From an uncultured Armatimonadia bacterium (GTDB lineage Bacteria > Armatimonadota > Zipacnadia > CAVVLO01), in NCBI GenBank assembly GCA_963749155.1, contig CAVVLO010000005.1, positions 69,622 to 93,621 of the forward strand: a stretch of 24,000 nt of DNA, read 5' to 3'. Shown here piece after piece: positions 1 through 7,976 of the stretch. The notes beneath the pieces are model-generated. The model saw only the letters and a list, made by a program, of their open reading frames with translations, was not told where the DNA came from and made no database searches. Both the position numbers and the translations under genes were made by a program. Each line of letters begins with the position of its first letter. Within the stretch, counting starts at the first letter, position 1.

Positions 1-1
1 A

Positions 2-610
2 ATGCGTCCTGTGCGCTGGGTACTCGCCGCCAGGCCGGACTCGGGTATCCGGGGCATCAGCGATCTGGGCGGTAAGCGCATTGCTACGGAGCTTGTGAAC
101 GTCACAAAGAGAAAAATCGCTGAAGCAGGGATTGTGCCTGCCTCTGTAGAGTTCTCCTGGGGTGCTACTGAGGCCAAGATCCCTGATCTGGCCGATGCCA
201 TCGTCGAGGTTACCGAGACAGGCAGCACCTTGCGCGCGCATGGACTCGAGATCTACGCCGACCTGCTCGAATCTACCACCAGGATGATAGCTAATCCAGT
301 GGCTTATGAAGATCCGGTGAAGCGCGAGAAGATCGATAATCTGGCCTTGCTGCTTCAGGGCGCTCTTCGTGCTGAGGAGAAAGTCGGCCTGAAACTGAAC
401 GTGGCTTGTGACAATCTGGCAGCCATCCTGGAGATTCTCCCCGCCATGCGCCGGCCAACGGTTTCTCAGCTTGCAGGCGATGGTAATGGCGGTTGGGTCG
501 CAGTTGAGACCATCATCAACGAAGCCGAGGCCAGAGAGATAATCCCCAGGCTCAAGCGCGCTGGTGGCGAGGGTATAGTAGAATATCCTTTGAACAAGGT
601 AATTCCCTGA
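2..610 (+). CDS. hisG: ATP phosphoribosyltransferase, long form, C-terminal ~200 aa (5' end lies outside the window)
   Basis: The ORF is open to the left edge. The translation shows the HisG core ([16 protein letters not shown]) followed by the C-terminal regulatory domain typical of long-form HisG ([33 protein letters not shown]). Stop TGA at 608-610. Confidence 0.9.
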   Translation: MRPVRWVLAARPDSGIRGISDLGGKRIATELVNVTKRKIAEAGIVPASVEFSWGATEAKIPDLADAIVEVTETGSTLRAHGLEIYADLLESTTRMIANPVAYEDPVKREKIDNLALLLQGALRAEEKVGLKLNVACDNLAAILEILPAMRRPTVSQLAGDGNGGWVAVETIINEAEAREIIPRLKRAGGEGIVEYPLNKVIP

Positions 611-629
611 ACGGGAAGCTGGTGACTAA

Positions 630-1799
630 GTGACTTCTAGTAGTCAGGCACAACTTGGTCCAGCGGCAGAAGGGCTGTTTGAAAAAGCTCAACGCCTTCG
701 CGCAGCTGGTCAGCTCAGTGAGGCTCGAGATGCGGTAAGGATGGTAACCCATCTTTCACCGCAACTTGAAGAGGCCTGGTTATTGCTTGCCGAGTTGTGT
801 GAGGACCTGGAGGATGTAAAAGGCGCCGAGCAGGCTTACCGTAAGCTGGCAGGCCTGAGGATAGAGCCTGTCCGGAGTCAAAGCTCTGGAGAATTAATGG
901 CTACCCCTACCCAGCGCCGAGTACTTGATCCCCAGTCGGCCAGGAAGCTGGCTATCTGGGCAGCAGGTCTCTTCCTGTCTCTGGTGCTACTCACAGGAGT
1001 CTGGCTCAAGGTGCGCGCCGATGCTCAGCAGCGCGTTGTCGAATATCCCTCGGTAACGGACCTTCAACAGAATTATGAGTCGCCTACATCAGATAACAAT
1101 ACGGTATTACCCCAGGTAGATGGGCCACTTAACAACTCCCAGAAAGGCCAAGTTCAAAGCCAGCAATCTGGGGCCCAGCCTACTGCTCAAAGCCAGTCGC
1201 CGCCGAGTTATGTGCCGACTGTCAGAAATCCCATCGTGCCCAATATCCAGCGCCCGAACGGGGTGCCAACCTTGCCGGACCTGCTGTCAAATCCAGGCTC
1301 CAGCGGGGGCGGTATCAGTCCTGTGCCTCCACCAAATCTTGCTGCGCAGCCTTACCCTTCATATCAGGGAACGGGTAATTACTGGCAAGGCCCCATAGCA
1401 CCCTGGACTACTGTCCAGCCGAATACAGCCAACAGTGGGGGACGTGTCAACGCCAATACGGGCGTGCTGATACCTGCTAATCCAGGCGCGACCTCTACAG
1501 CCCCATCCAGTAATGGGGGCGCAGCCGCCAGTGGCACTAATCTGGCCCCACCTCGCACAGGCCTGGCTCCTGCGAATGGCGGTAGTGCCAGCGCGGGCGC
1601 CAGCTCTGCTTCCGCAGGCTTTGCCAAACAGGCCGAAGCTGAGAATCTGATGCGTCAGAACAAGCGCGCGGAGGCCAGGACCGCATATAAGATGGCTGTA
1701 GCTGAGCTGCTTGAAGCCAAAATGATGGGCAACGACAGCGAGCGGGTTCAGACTGCTATCCGCAGCTGCCAGTTAGCTTTGAATTTGCTTGGAGAATAA
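630..1799 (+). CDS. Bitopic membrane protein with an N-terminal TPR-like helical hairpin, one TM helix, a ~190-aa Q/S/P/N/G-rich low-complexity region and C-terminal TPR-like helices
   Basis: GTG start at 630, 19 nt after the hisG stop, with GGTGA/GGGAAG upstream. The hydrophobic segment KLAIWAAGLFLSLVLLTGVWL maps to nt 945-1007. The low-complexity stretch spans nt ~1047-1619. I recognise no family. The call rests on ORF length, operon spacing and composition. Confidence 0.65.
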   Translation: MTSSSQAQLGPAAEGLFEKAQRLRAAGQLSEARDAVRMVTHLSPQLEEAWLLLAELCEDLEDVKGAEQAYRKLAGLRIEPVRSQSSGELMATPTQRRVLDPQSARKLAIWAAGLFLSLVLLTGVWLKVRADAQQRVVEYPSVTDLQQNYESPTSDNNTVLPQVDGPLNNSQKGQVQSQQSGAQPTAQSQSPPSYVPTVRNPIVPNIQRPNGVPTLPDLLSNPGSSGGGISPVPPPNLAAQPYPSYQGTGNYWQGPIAPWTTVQPNTANSGGRVNANTGVLIPANPGATSTAPSSNGGAAASGTNLAPPRTGLAPANGGSASAGASSASAGFAKQAEAENLMRQNKRAEARTAYKMAVAELLEAKMMGNDSERVQTAIRSCQLALNLLGE

Positions 1800-1820
1800 C
1801 ACCAGCTAGCGGAGGTACGA

Positions 1821-3401
1821 ATGAGGCTCGCGCCTAAAGCTCTCCTCCTGATTTTTATTCCAGCTCTACTCATGGCTGGTTTTTTCGTCCCAATTACATC
1901 GGCTGCCGCGGATGAACCTGCTCCTCCTGAACCTCTTGTGGCGCTTTTCCCTAGCCTGGTTGCAGGCCCTGTCGAAGGCTTGGCAGAGCTTTTTGATAAA
2001 TCAGTGCGCGATCAGATGGATGCCGCAACCAGTTTTCGTGTATTGCTTGCTTATCCCCAGTCCAGTTCGGCACTGCTGGCTGTGCAGAGTCTCGAACTCA
2101 AACCTGAAGCCTTGCTTTCCTCAATAGATCCTTTGATAATGCAAGCGCTGGTGCGCACTCTGGTGGCTGACCTTGGCGCCCGTCCCAGGCTGGAATTCAC
2201 CCCTGAAGGCAAACTCGAAAGCTGCGAAGTGCTGCTGTTCTGGCATGACGCCAGCCGGTCAGTCCAGGTTGCGCCGCCTTCGACCTCTACCAGCCTTGAA
2301 GGCCTTGTCGCTACAGTGGCTGGAGAGATGGTCAAGGCGGTCGCCGAGGCGGCCAGTGGGCTCCAGACAGGCACTGCCCTTGTGCCCCAGCCTGTCAGCC
2401 AGGACGCTGCCGAACAAGCCGACGCCCTTTTCAAGGAACACGAAGTCGCGCTGGCGGCTGGCAATACGGCTTTAGCAATCAGTCAATTGCTAAGGGCTGT
2501 TGATCTGGCTCCGGATAATCTTCGCTACCGTGAAGCGCTGGGTGAGCTGTATACCTCGCTCAGGCAAAACAGCCAGGCTATCGTCCAGTACAAAGCTCTT
2601 GCAGCGGCTGTACCCGATTCGGCTGACTATCAGGAGCGACTTGGGCATCTCTATTATGCTAATAACCAGTTTATGCCATCGGCTCAGGCGTTCGATGCCG
2701 CGCTCAAGCTGGATCCAACCCGCACTGGGCTCTGGGTAAATCTCGGTAAAGCCTATGATTCGCTCGATAACGAGGTAGCTGCGCTTGCCGCTTATCGAAA
2801 AGCCGCCGACCTTAAGTTGCCCAATCCGGCAATCTATACCAGACTCGCAGATGCCTCTCTCAAAATCGGCGAAGTGGAACTGGCGATGGATTATTTCCAG
2901 CGCGCCGCCGAACTCGCCCCCAATGATATCGACTTGCAGTCTCGTATCGCTAACCTCTTCCTGACTCAGGGCACGCCCGATCAGACCCTTGATGCCTTGC
3001 TGCGCCTGGTGGCGGCTATGCCGGAGGACGCTGCGATACTCTCCCCTCAGGCCTATGAAGCTTTCGTGACCTGGATGCGTCGGCGCATCGACCGCGAATT
3101 GGCCAGTGTCCGCCAGGGGCTGGTCGACCTGTCCGAACAGAAACTTTCGCGAGAAGAACTCTTCGATCGGACAGTTTTCGAGTGGGAAGGCCTAAAGAGA
3201 TATGTCTCACTTGCCGATAAGCTAGAACCGGACGAAGCGCGCGCCCAGCAACATGCGCACTTCGTCTATGCCCTGGCTCTGGCGCAAGAGGCCTTGCTCG
3301 AATATCTGCTTTATATAGATACCGGTGTACCTGCTCATCTGGGCGCTGCGAGCAACAAGGCCTCCGCTGCCACAATCGAGTTCCGTCAGGCCTCGGGCTG
3401 A
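1821..3401 (+). CDS. Secreted/periplasmic tetratricopeptide-repeat protein
   Basis: ATG 1821 is preceded by GGAGG (1811-1815). The N-terminal signal-like peptide is MRLAPKALLLIFIPALLMAGFFVPITSAAA. About six TPR units lie at nt ~2410-3005 (e.g. AISQLLRAVDLAPDN, AQAFDAALKLDPT, AMDYFQRAAELAPND). Confidence 0.8.
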   Translation: MRLAPKALLLIFIPALLMAGFFVPITSAAADEPAPPEPLVALFPSLVAGPVEGLAELFDKSVRDQMDAATSFRVLLAYPQSSSALLAVQSLELKPEALLSSIDPLIMQALVRTLVADLGARPRLEFTPEGKLESCEVLLFWHDASRSVQVAPPSTSTSLEGLVATVAGEMVKAVAEAASGLQTGTALVPQPVSQDAAEQADALFKEHEVALAAGNTALAISQLLRAVDLAPDNLRYREALGELYTSLRQNSQAIVQYKALAAAVPDSADYQERLGHLYYANNQFMPSAQAFDAALKLDPTRTGLWVNLGKAYDSLDNEVAALAAYRKAADLKLPNPAIYTRLADASLKIGEVELAMDYFQRAAELAPNDIDLQSRIANLFLTQGTPDQTLDALLRLVAAMPEDAAILSPQAYEAFVTWMRRRIDRELASVRQGLVDLSEQKLSREELFDRTVFEWEGLKRYVSLADKLEPDEARAQQHAHFVYALALAQEALLEYLLYIDTGVPAHLGAASNKASAATIEFRQASG

Positions 3402-3426
3402 CTCTGGCAGGCAAGGGGGACTAGGT

Positions 3427-4401
3427 GTGCGCTTCCCTCGGCACATCGTTGGGCTGACCTTTGGGCTTGTGCTAGTGGCTTTTTTGGCTCAGGCTCAGGA
3501 CAAGGGAATCAACGAGTTATTCTCGCAGCTTCAACTTGATTCCTATGAACACCGAGCAGTCTACTACTGGTGGTTCAAGCCCTTCCTGTCTGTCCTCGTC
3601 TTGCTGGTGATTTCCTGTCTTGCCTGGGAGTTGCTACATGACCGCAGGCTTCGCCGCAAGCTGTTAAGGCTGCAGTCGAGGCTGGCTGGCGCCTCGCTGG
3701 ATCCTGCCCAACTGGTTCGCGAAGGCGCTCGGCTTGAGCTTTGTCGCACTCTGCCCAAAGAAGAACTGCCCTTCTGTATCGGTCGTAGTGTGATTGAGGA
3801 AGTTGAACCGCGCCGGCTGGCGGTCCTTCCCCCGATGAGAGAGGGCACTGTACTGCCTCTGCATGAGGGAGAACGCCTCCTGGTGCGCCTGCTGGCACGA
3901 GAGGGCCTCTACGAGTATTGGTCTACCGTCCTGACTTATGAGCGCCAACAGGCCTCGCCGAGTGAGCGACTCTATTGGCTCTCGGTCCCTGTAAAATTAT
4001 TTCGAAACCAGCGACGTAACTATTTCCGTAGCAAACTGGGCCTGCCTGTGTCACTGGTGCCCCTGCCTCCCCCTGGGCGCCGAGATGACGAAACAGAACC
4101 GCTTGAACCACCAGTCTATGGAGGCTATACCCTCGATATTTCAGGAGGGGGCGCTCGCGTGCGCACTGATGCGCCCTTCTTGGCAGGAGAGCACGCAAAG
4201 GTTACCATTGACCTCGGGCCGGAGGATGGGCAGTTGACCGCCCTGGCTACTGTAGCCAAAACAATATCCAGCCTGGAGGGCGATCAGGTTTGTCTTCAAT
4301 TCCGCAAACTGACGGAGGTCGAACGTCATCGTCTGGTCTCCAAAGTGATGGAGGCGGAACGGCTGGTGCAACGCAAAAAGCGCCATCAGCAGACGATGTA
4401 G
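3427..4401 (+). CDS. Membrane-anchored PilZ-domain protein (putative c-di-GMP receptor)
   Basis: I prefer the GTG at 3427 (GGGGGA 7 nt upstream) over the track start 3325, which would overlap the upstream gene by 77 nt. Two hydrophobic segments lie at nt ~3445-3495 and ~3574-3636. Both PilZ signature motifs are intact: RRxxxR (RRNYFR, nt 4012-4029) and D/NxSxxG (DISGGG, nt 4135-4152). Confidence 0.8.
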   Translation: MRFPRHIVGLTFGLVLVAFLAQAQDKGINELFSQLQLDSYEHRAVYYWWFKPFLSVLVLLVISCLAWELLHDRRLRRKLLRLQSRLAGASLDPAQLVREGARLELCRTLPKEELPFCIGRSVIEEVEPRRLAVLPPMREGTVLPLHEGERLLVRLLAREGLYEYWSTVLTYERQQASPSERLYWLSVPVKLFRNQRRNYFRSKLGLPVSLVPLPPPGRRDDETEPLEPPVYGGYTLDISGGGARVRTDAPFLAGEHAKVTIDLGPEDGQLTALATVAKTISSLEGDQVCLQFRKLTEVERHRLVSKVMEAERLVQRKKRHQQTM

Positions 4402-4421
4402 TCCCCGCTGGCCGGCTGCTG

Positions 4422-5018
4422 TTGCATACTTGCTGTGCCCCTTGTGCAACGGTCCTGCCCTCCGAGCTTGCCACCAGGGGTTTCGATGTCCAGTTGTTTT
4501 TCTACAATCCCAACATCCACCCCTATCGCGAGTTCAAGCTGCGCCTGCGCGAGGTTGAGCGGCTGGCAGAAATCGACTCGCTACGCCTGTTTTCTGACCC
4601 CTTGTACAGGATGCCGGAGTTCCTCAGAGAGGTCGTCCAAAAGGAGTTCAACAGGTGCCAAATCTGTTATAATCTTAGACAAACTAGGACAGCCGCAAAG
4701 GCAGCCGAACTGGGCTATGAGTGGTTCTCCACCACGTTGCTCCAGAGTCCCTATCAAGATCAGAAAGCGCTAATCAAGGCCGGAGAAGAAGCCGCTCTGC
4801 GTTATGGCGTAAAGTTTTTGGCGGAGGACTTCACCCCCTGGTTTGGGCCTGGGGAGGCGCGCGCCAGGGAGCTTGGGCTCTACCAGCAGGCTTATTGCGG
4901 GTGCATCTACAGTGAGTGGGAGCGGTATAGTCCGCGCGCGCGCAAGCAGCTTGCCAGGCAGCTCTCTGAGTGGGATGAGCGCAAGCAGGCTGAGGCGCTC
5001 GAGCAGCCAGATAAGTAA
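4422..5018 (+). CDS. queH: Epoxyqueuosine reductase QueH (DUF208 family)
   Basis: QueH-type cysteine motifs are present: LLLHTCCAPC, CQICY, YCGCIYSE. The start is uncertain. The in-frame options are ATG 4290 (112-nt overlap with the PilZ gene and a low-complexity extension), CTG 4416/4419 or TTG 4422. Confidence 0.85.
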   Translation: MHTCCAPCATVLPSELATRGFDVQLFFYNPNIHPYREFKLRLREVERLAEIDSLRLFSDPLYRMPEFLREVVQKEFNRCQICYNLRQTRTAAKAAELGYEWFSTTLLQSPYQDQKALIKAGEEAALRYGVKFLAEDFTPWFGPGEARARELGLYQQAYCGCIYSEWERYSPRARKQLARQLSEWDERKQAEALEQPDK

Positions 5019-5057
5019 GGCTCGTCAAGTTGCTTTAAGCATCCCGAGGTGGCTTGG

Positions 5058-5987
5058 ATGGAACTGCATAAGTGGCTCCAGGGTTTGCGCAAGAGTTCTG
5101 ATGATGATGACGCGGAACAGGATGTCGAACAGGTCGCAGAATCGGAGGGCGATTCCGAGCCAGGTCTGGTAAGGCCTGCCCCGCGGAAGGAGCCTCTAGA
5201 CTCTGACCCCCAGACCAAGGTGCCAGTGGTTGAGCCCGTGGCAAAAGAAGCCCCGCGCAATCCCGCCGCCCCGCTAGGCGGAGGCGAAGGTGTCTCGGCT
5301 CCCCGCGTGGTTCGGCGTGATAAATATGGCGTCGAATACGAAGAGGATGAGCCCTCCGAGCCTCAACTCTTTACTGAGCGTCCAGCGGAGCCAGCCAGGT
5401 CTGAGCCTCCTGTTCCAGAACCCAGGCCAGTTGTCGAAGCCGCCCAGGCCCCTGCGCCGCCGCCGGCGGTAGATCCTCTTCCGCCAGAGCCCGAAGTTGA
5501 CCTTGTACCCGAGCCGCAGCCAGAACCGGAGCCCGAACCGGAAGCAGAACCCGAAACTGAAGCTACTCTCGAAGAAGATCCCCTCGAGGCTCAGTTGCTT
5601 GCCCTTGAGCGTCAGAAAGAAGAACTGCTCCGCCTGAAGCAGGAGCGAGAAGAACAGCTTCGCCGCAAACGAGAAGAAGAAGAGGCTGCCCGACGCGCCC
5701 AGACAACTCTGCCTCTGGCTGGTTTACCTGCCGAGGTCGAGGCGCCTGTCCAACCCGATTATGAGAAGATGCTGGCCGAGCGTGACCGCCTTATCCAGCG
5801 CCTGGCCGACCCTGTCCTGACCCTCAAAGAAGCGGCCGACCTGCTTGGAGTATGCACAGCCACCGTAAGACGCTACACCAATAAGGGAGTGCTGCCTCAC
5901 TTCCGGACCGCCGGCGCTCAGCGGCGATTCAGGCTCTCCCAGGTGCTCAAGTTTATGCGCGAGCATGGCCTCAGCCTGGAGGACTAG
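5058..5987 (+). CDS. Acidic Pro/Glu-rich disordered protein with a charged coiled-coil segment and a C-terminal excisionase/MerR-type helix-turn-helix
   Basis: ATG 5058 lies 8 nt after GAGG; GTG 5049 is also possible. A PEPEPE-type repeat lies at nt ~5511-5560 and an E/R/K-rich helix at nt ~5580-5700. The C-terminus LTLKEAADLLGVCTATVRRYTNKGVLPHFRTAGAQRRFRLSQVLKFM (nt ~5817-5960) matches the HTH_17/excisionase pattern. Confidence 0.7.
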   Translation: MELHKWLQGLRKSSDDDDAEQDVEQVAESEGDSEPGLVRPAPRKEPLDSDPQTKVPVVEPVAKEAPRNPAAPLGGGEGVSAPRVVRRDKYGVEYEEDEPSEPQLFTERPAEPARSEPPVPEPRPVVEAAQAPAPPPAVDPLPPEPEVDLVPEPQPEPEPEPEAEPETEATLEEDPLEAQLLALERQKEELLRLKQEREEQLRRKREEEEAARRAQTTLPLAGLPAEVEAPVQPDYEKMLAERDRLIQRLADPVLTLKEAADLLGVCTATVRRYTNKGVLPHFRTAGAQRRFRLSQVLKFMREHGLSLED

Positions 5988-5993
5988 CCCCTT

Positions 5994-6752
5994 TTGGAGA
6001 GCCAGGAATACCAAAAAATGCGCCGGCTCGAGGACCACTATTGGTGGTTCGTTGGCAGGAGAGAGGCGGTAGTGGCGTTGCTTGCCGAACGTCTCACTCC
6101 TGGTCAGCACCGCATAATTGGTGACATTGGTTGCGGGACCGGAGCAACCAGCCTGGCCTTGCGCGCTCTCGGTCAGGTTATTGCGGTGGATTTATCACCT
6201 GAAGCCCTGACCTTGCATAGCCAAAGAGAAGATCATGGGCCGATGGTACAGGCTTCGGCGACTGGTTTGCCTTTTGCTCCAGGCGTTTTCGATGTGATGA
6301 CCTACCTTGATATGCTGGAACACGTCGAAGCAGATGACATCGCACTGGCCGAAGCTTACAGGTTGCTTGCCCCAGGAGGTCTGCTGCTTGTCAGTGTGCC
6401 GGCCCATCCCTGGCTTTGGGGCAGCCATGATATTTCTCTGCACCATATGCGTCGATACAGGCGAACTGAACTGATTTCCAAACTACTCGATGCAGGTTTC
6501 GAACTGGAGCGCTGTACTTTTGCTGTAAGCCTGCTTGCGCCTCTGGCAGTGGTATATCGTCTTGCAGGCCATCTCTTTGGGCGCTCCAGGCCGGCTCATA
6601 GCGAGGCAATGGAACTGCCTGCTGCGATTAACAAGCTGTTGATCTGGATAATGCGTCTTGAGCGCGCGCTTTTACTGCGCTGGAACCTGCCGGCAGGCAT
6701 CTCGCTGCTCTGCCTGGCTCACAAGCCCGAGCTTTCCGATACGCCCACATAA
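5994..6752 (+). CDS. Class I SAM-dependent methyltransferase
   Basis: SAM-binding motif I is IGDIGCGTGATSLAL. The motif post-I/II region (VDLSPEAL ... FDVMTYLDMLEHV) and LLAPGGLLLV follow. The start is TTG 5994 or ATG 6018. Confidence 0.85.
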   Translation: MESQEYQKMRRLEDHYWWFVGRREAVVALLAERLTPGQHRIIGDIGCGTGATSLALRALGQVIAVDLSPEALTLHSQREDHGPMVQASATGLPFAPGVFDVMTYLDMLEHVEADDIALAEAYRLLAPGGLLLVSVPAHPWLWGSHDISLHHMRRYRRTELISKLLDAGFELERCTFAVSLLAPLAVVYRLAGHLFGRSRPAHSEAMELPAAINKLLIWIMRLERALLLRWNLPAGISLLCLAHKPELSDTPT

Positions 6753-6755
6753 CAT

Positions 6756-7934
6756 ATGACCGAGCCACTCTCTACAACTCGTCCTGTTGCTCTCTTCACT
6801 GACGCCTACAAGCCAGTGATGAGTGGGGTTGTCAACTCGCTGGAGCTGTTCCGCAAGGGGCTGGAGGCGATCGGTCAGCCTGCGCTTGTCTTTGCGCCCA
6901 GGTTCCCTGGTTATGTGGTCGAGGGTGAGTGGGATGTCCGCTTCCCCTCCGTGTTGCTTTATAAGCGCGCCCAGCTTCCTTTTGCCGTGCCGGCCTCTCG
7001 CCGGGCCTGGCGCCGGTTCAGACAGGAGCAACCGGTGCTGGTGCATTCACAGCATCCTTTCTGGCTTGGCAAAACTGCCCTTGGGTATGCGCGCAGGGCG
7101 GATGTCCCCCTGGTGGCTACCATCCACACCCAGTATGAACAATATGTTCACTACATACCTCTGCCGGGCGCGACCGCCAGGCGCCTGGTACGAGGGATGG
7201 TCAGGCGTTACTGCCGCCAGGCCGATCAGGTGATTACGCCCTCACGCTCGATGGCAGAGCTGCTGGCAAGTCAAGGCATCGCCGAGTCAGCCCAGGTCAT
7301 ACCCAATCCTCTCGATTTGTCTGCCTTCCGGGGTGAACTGCGAGGGGCGGAAGTGCGCGCGCGTTATGGCCTTACCACTGACCAGATCGTCTTTGGTTTC
7401 ATAGGACGTATGGCCCGCGAGAAGAATCTCGAGACTCTGCTGGCGGCTTTCGACGAGGTACACCGGCAGCTCCCGGAGGCCAGGTTATTGCTGGTCGGCC
7501 CTGGCCCTTATCTGCCCGAACTGCGACAGTTCGCTGGCAGACTCGATTCGAATCAGGCAATCGTGTTTACTGATCGTGTGCCCTTTGAGGAGATAGCCCA
7601 CTACCACGCCGCGCTGGACGTTTTCGTTATGACTTCGACCACAGAAGTCCAGCCGCTTGTGCTGCCCGAAGCGATGGCTGCCGGGGCTTGTCTGGTGGCC
7701 GCCGATGCAGTTGGGCCGCGAGATGTCCTCATAAAAGAAAAAACTGGGTTGCTTTGTGAACCGACCCAGGAGGCCTTTGTCACTACAATGCTCAAAGCAG
7801 GCCGAGAGCCAGAACTGCGCCATCGTCTTGGCCAGGCCGCAAGGCAGGCGGCGGAGGAGTATGATATTCCGAAGGCCACCGAACGGCTGCTGACTTTGTA
7901 TCGCAATACACTGGCTGATTATCAGAAACGGTAG
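6756..7934 (+). CDS. Glycosyltransferase family 4 (retaining GT-B fold)
   Basis: The N-terminus VALFTDAYKPVMSGVVNS resembles diacylglycerol-glycosyltransferase-type GT4 enzymes. The C-terminal E-x7-E motif is EVQPLVLPE, within TSTTEVQPLVLPEAMAAG. The ATG lies 3 nt after the upstream stop. Confidence 0.9.
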   Translation: MTEPLSTTRPVALFTDAYKPVMSGVVNSLELFRKGLEAIGQPALVFAPRFPGYVVEGEWDVRFPSVLLYKRAQLPFAVPASRRAWRRFRQEQPVLVHSQHPFWLGKTALGYARRADVPLVATIHTQYEQYVHYIPLPGATARRLVRGMVRRYCRQADQVITPSRSMAELLASQGIAESAQVIPNPLDLSAFRGELRGAEVRARYGLTTDQIVFGFIGRMAREKNLETLLAAFDEVHRQLPEARLLLVGPGPYLPELRQFAGRLDSNQAIVFTDRVPFEEIAHYHAALDVFVMTSTTEVQPLVLPEAMAAGACLVAADAVGPRDVLIKEKTGLLCEPTQEAFVTTMLKAGREPELRHRLGQAARQAAEEYDIPKATERLLTLYRNTLADYQKR

Positions 7935-7976
7935 AGAATTCGTCTTTGAAATACAGAACATATCGGAGGAGTCCGG

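Noticed and set aside
3325-3426. The upstream ATG extensions given by the ORF track for the PilZ gene (start 3325) and for DAHP synthase (start 20232).
   Set aside because: The extensions overlap the upstream gene or lie in the divergent promoter region. They encode Arg/Pro/Ser-rich sequence. Better internal GTG starts with strong SD sequences exist at 3427 and 20340, and the latter reproduces the usual MIVV-type DAHP synthase N-terminus.
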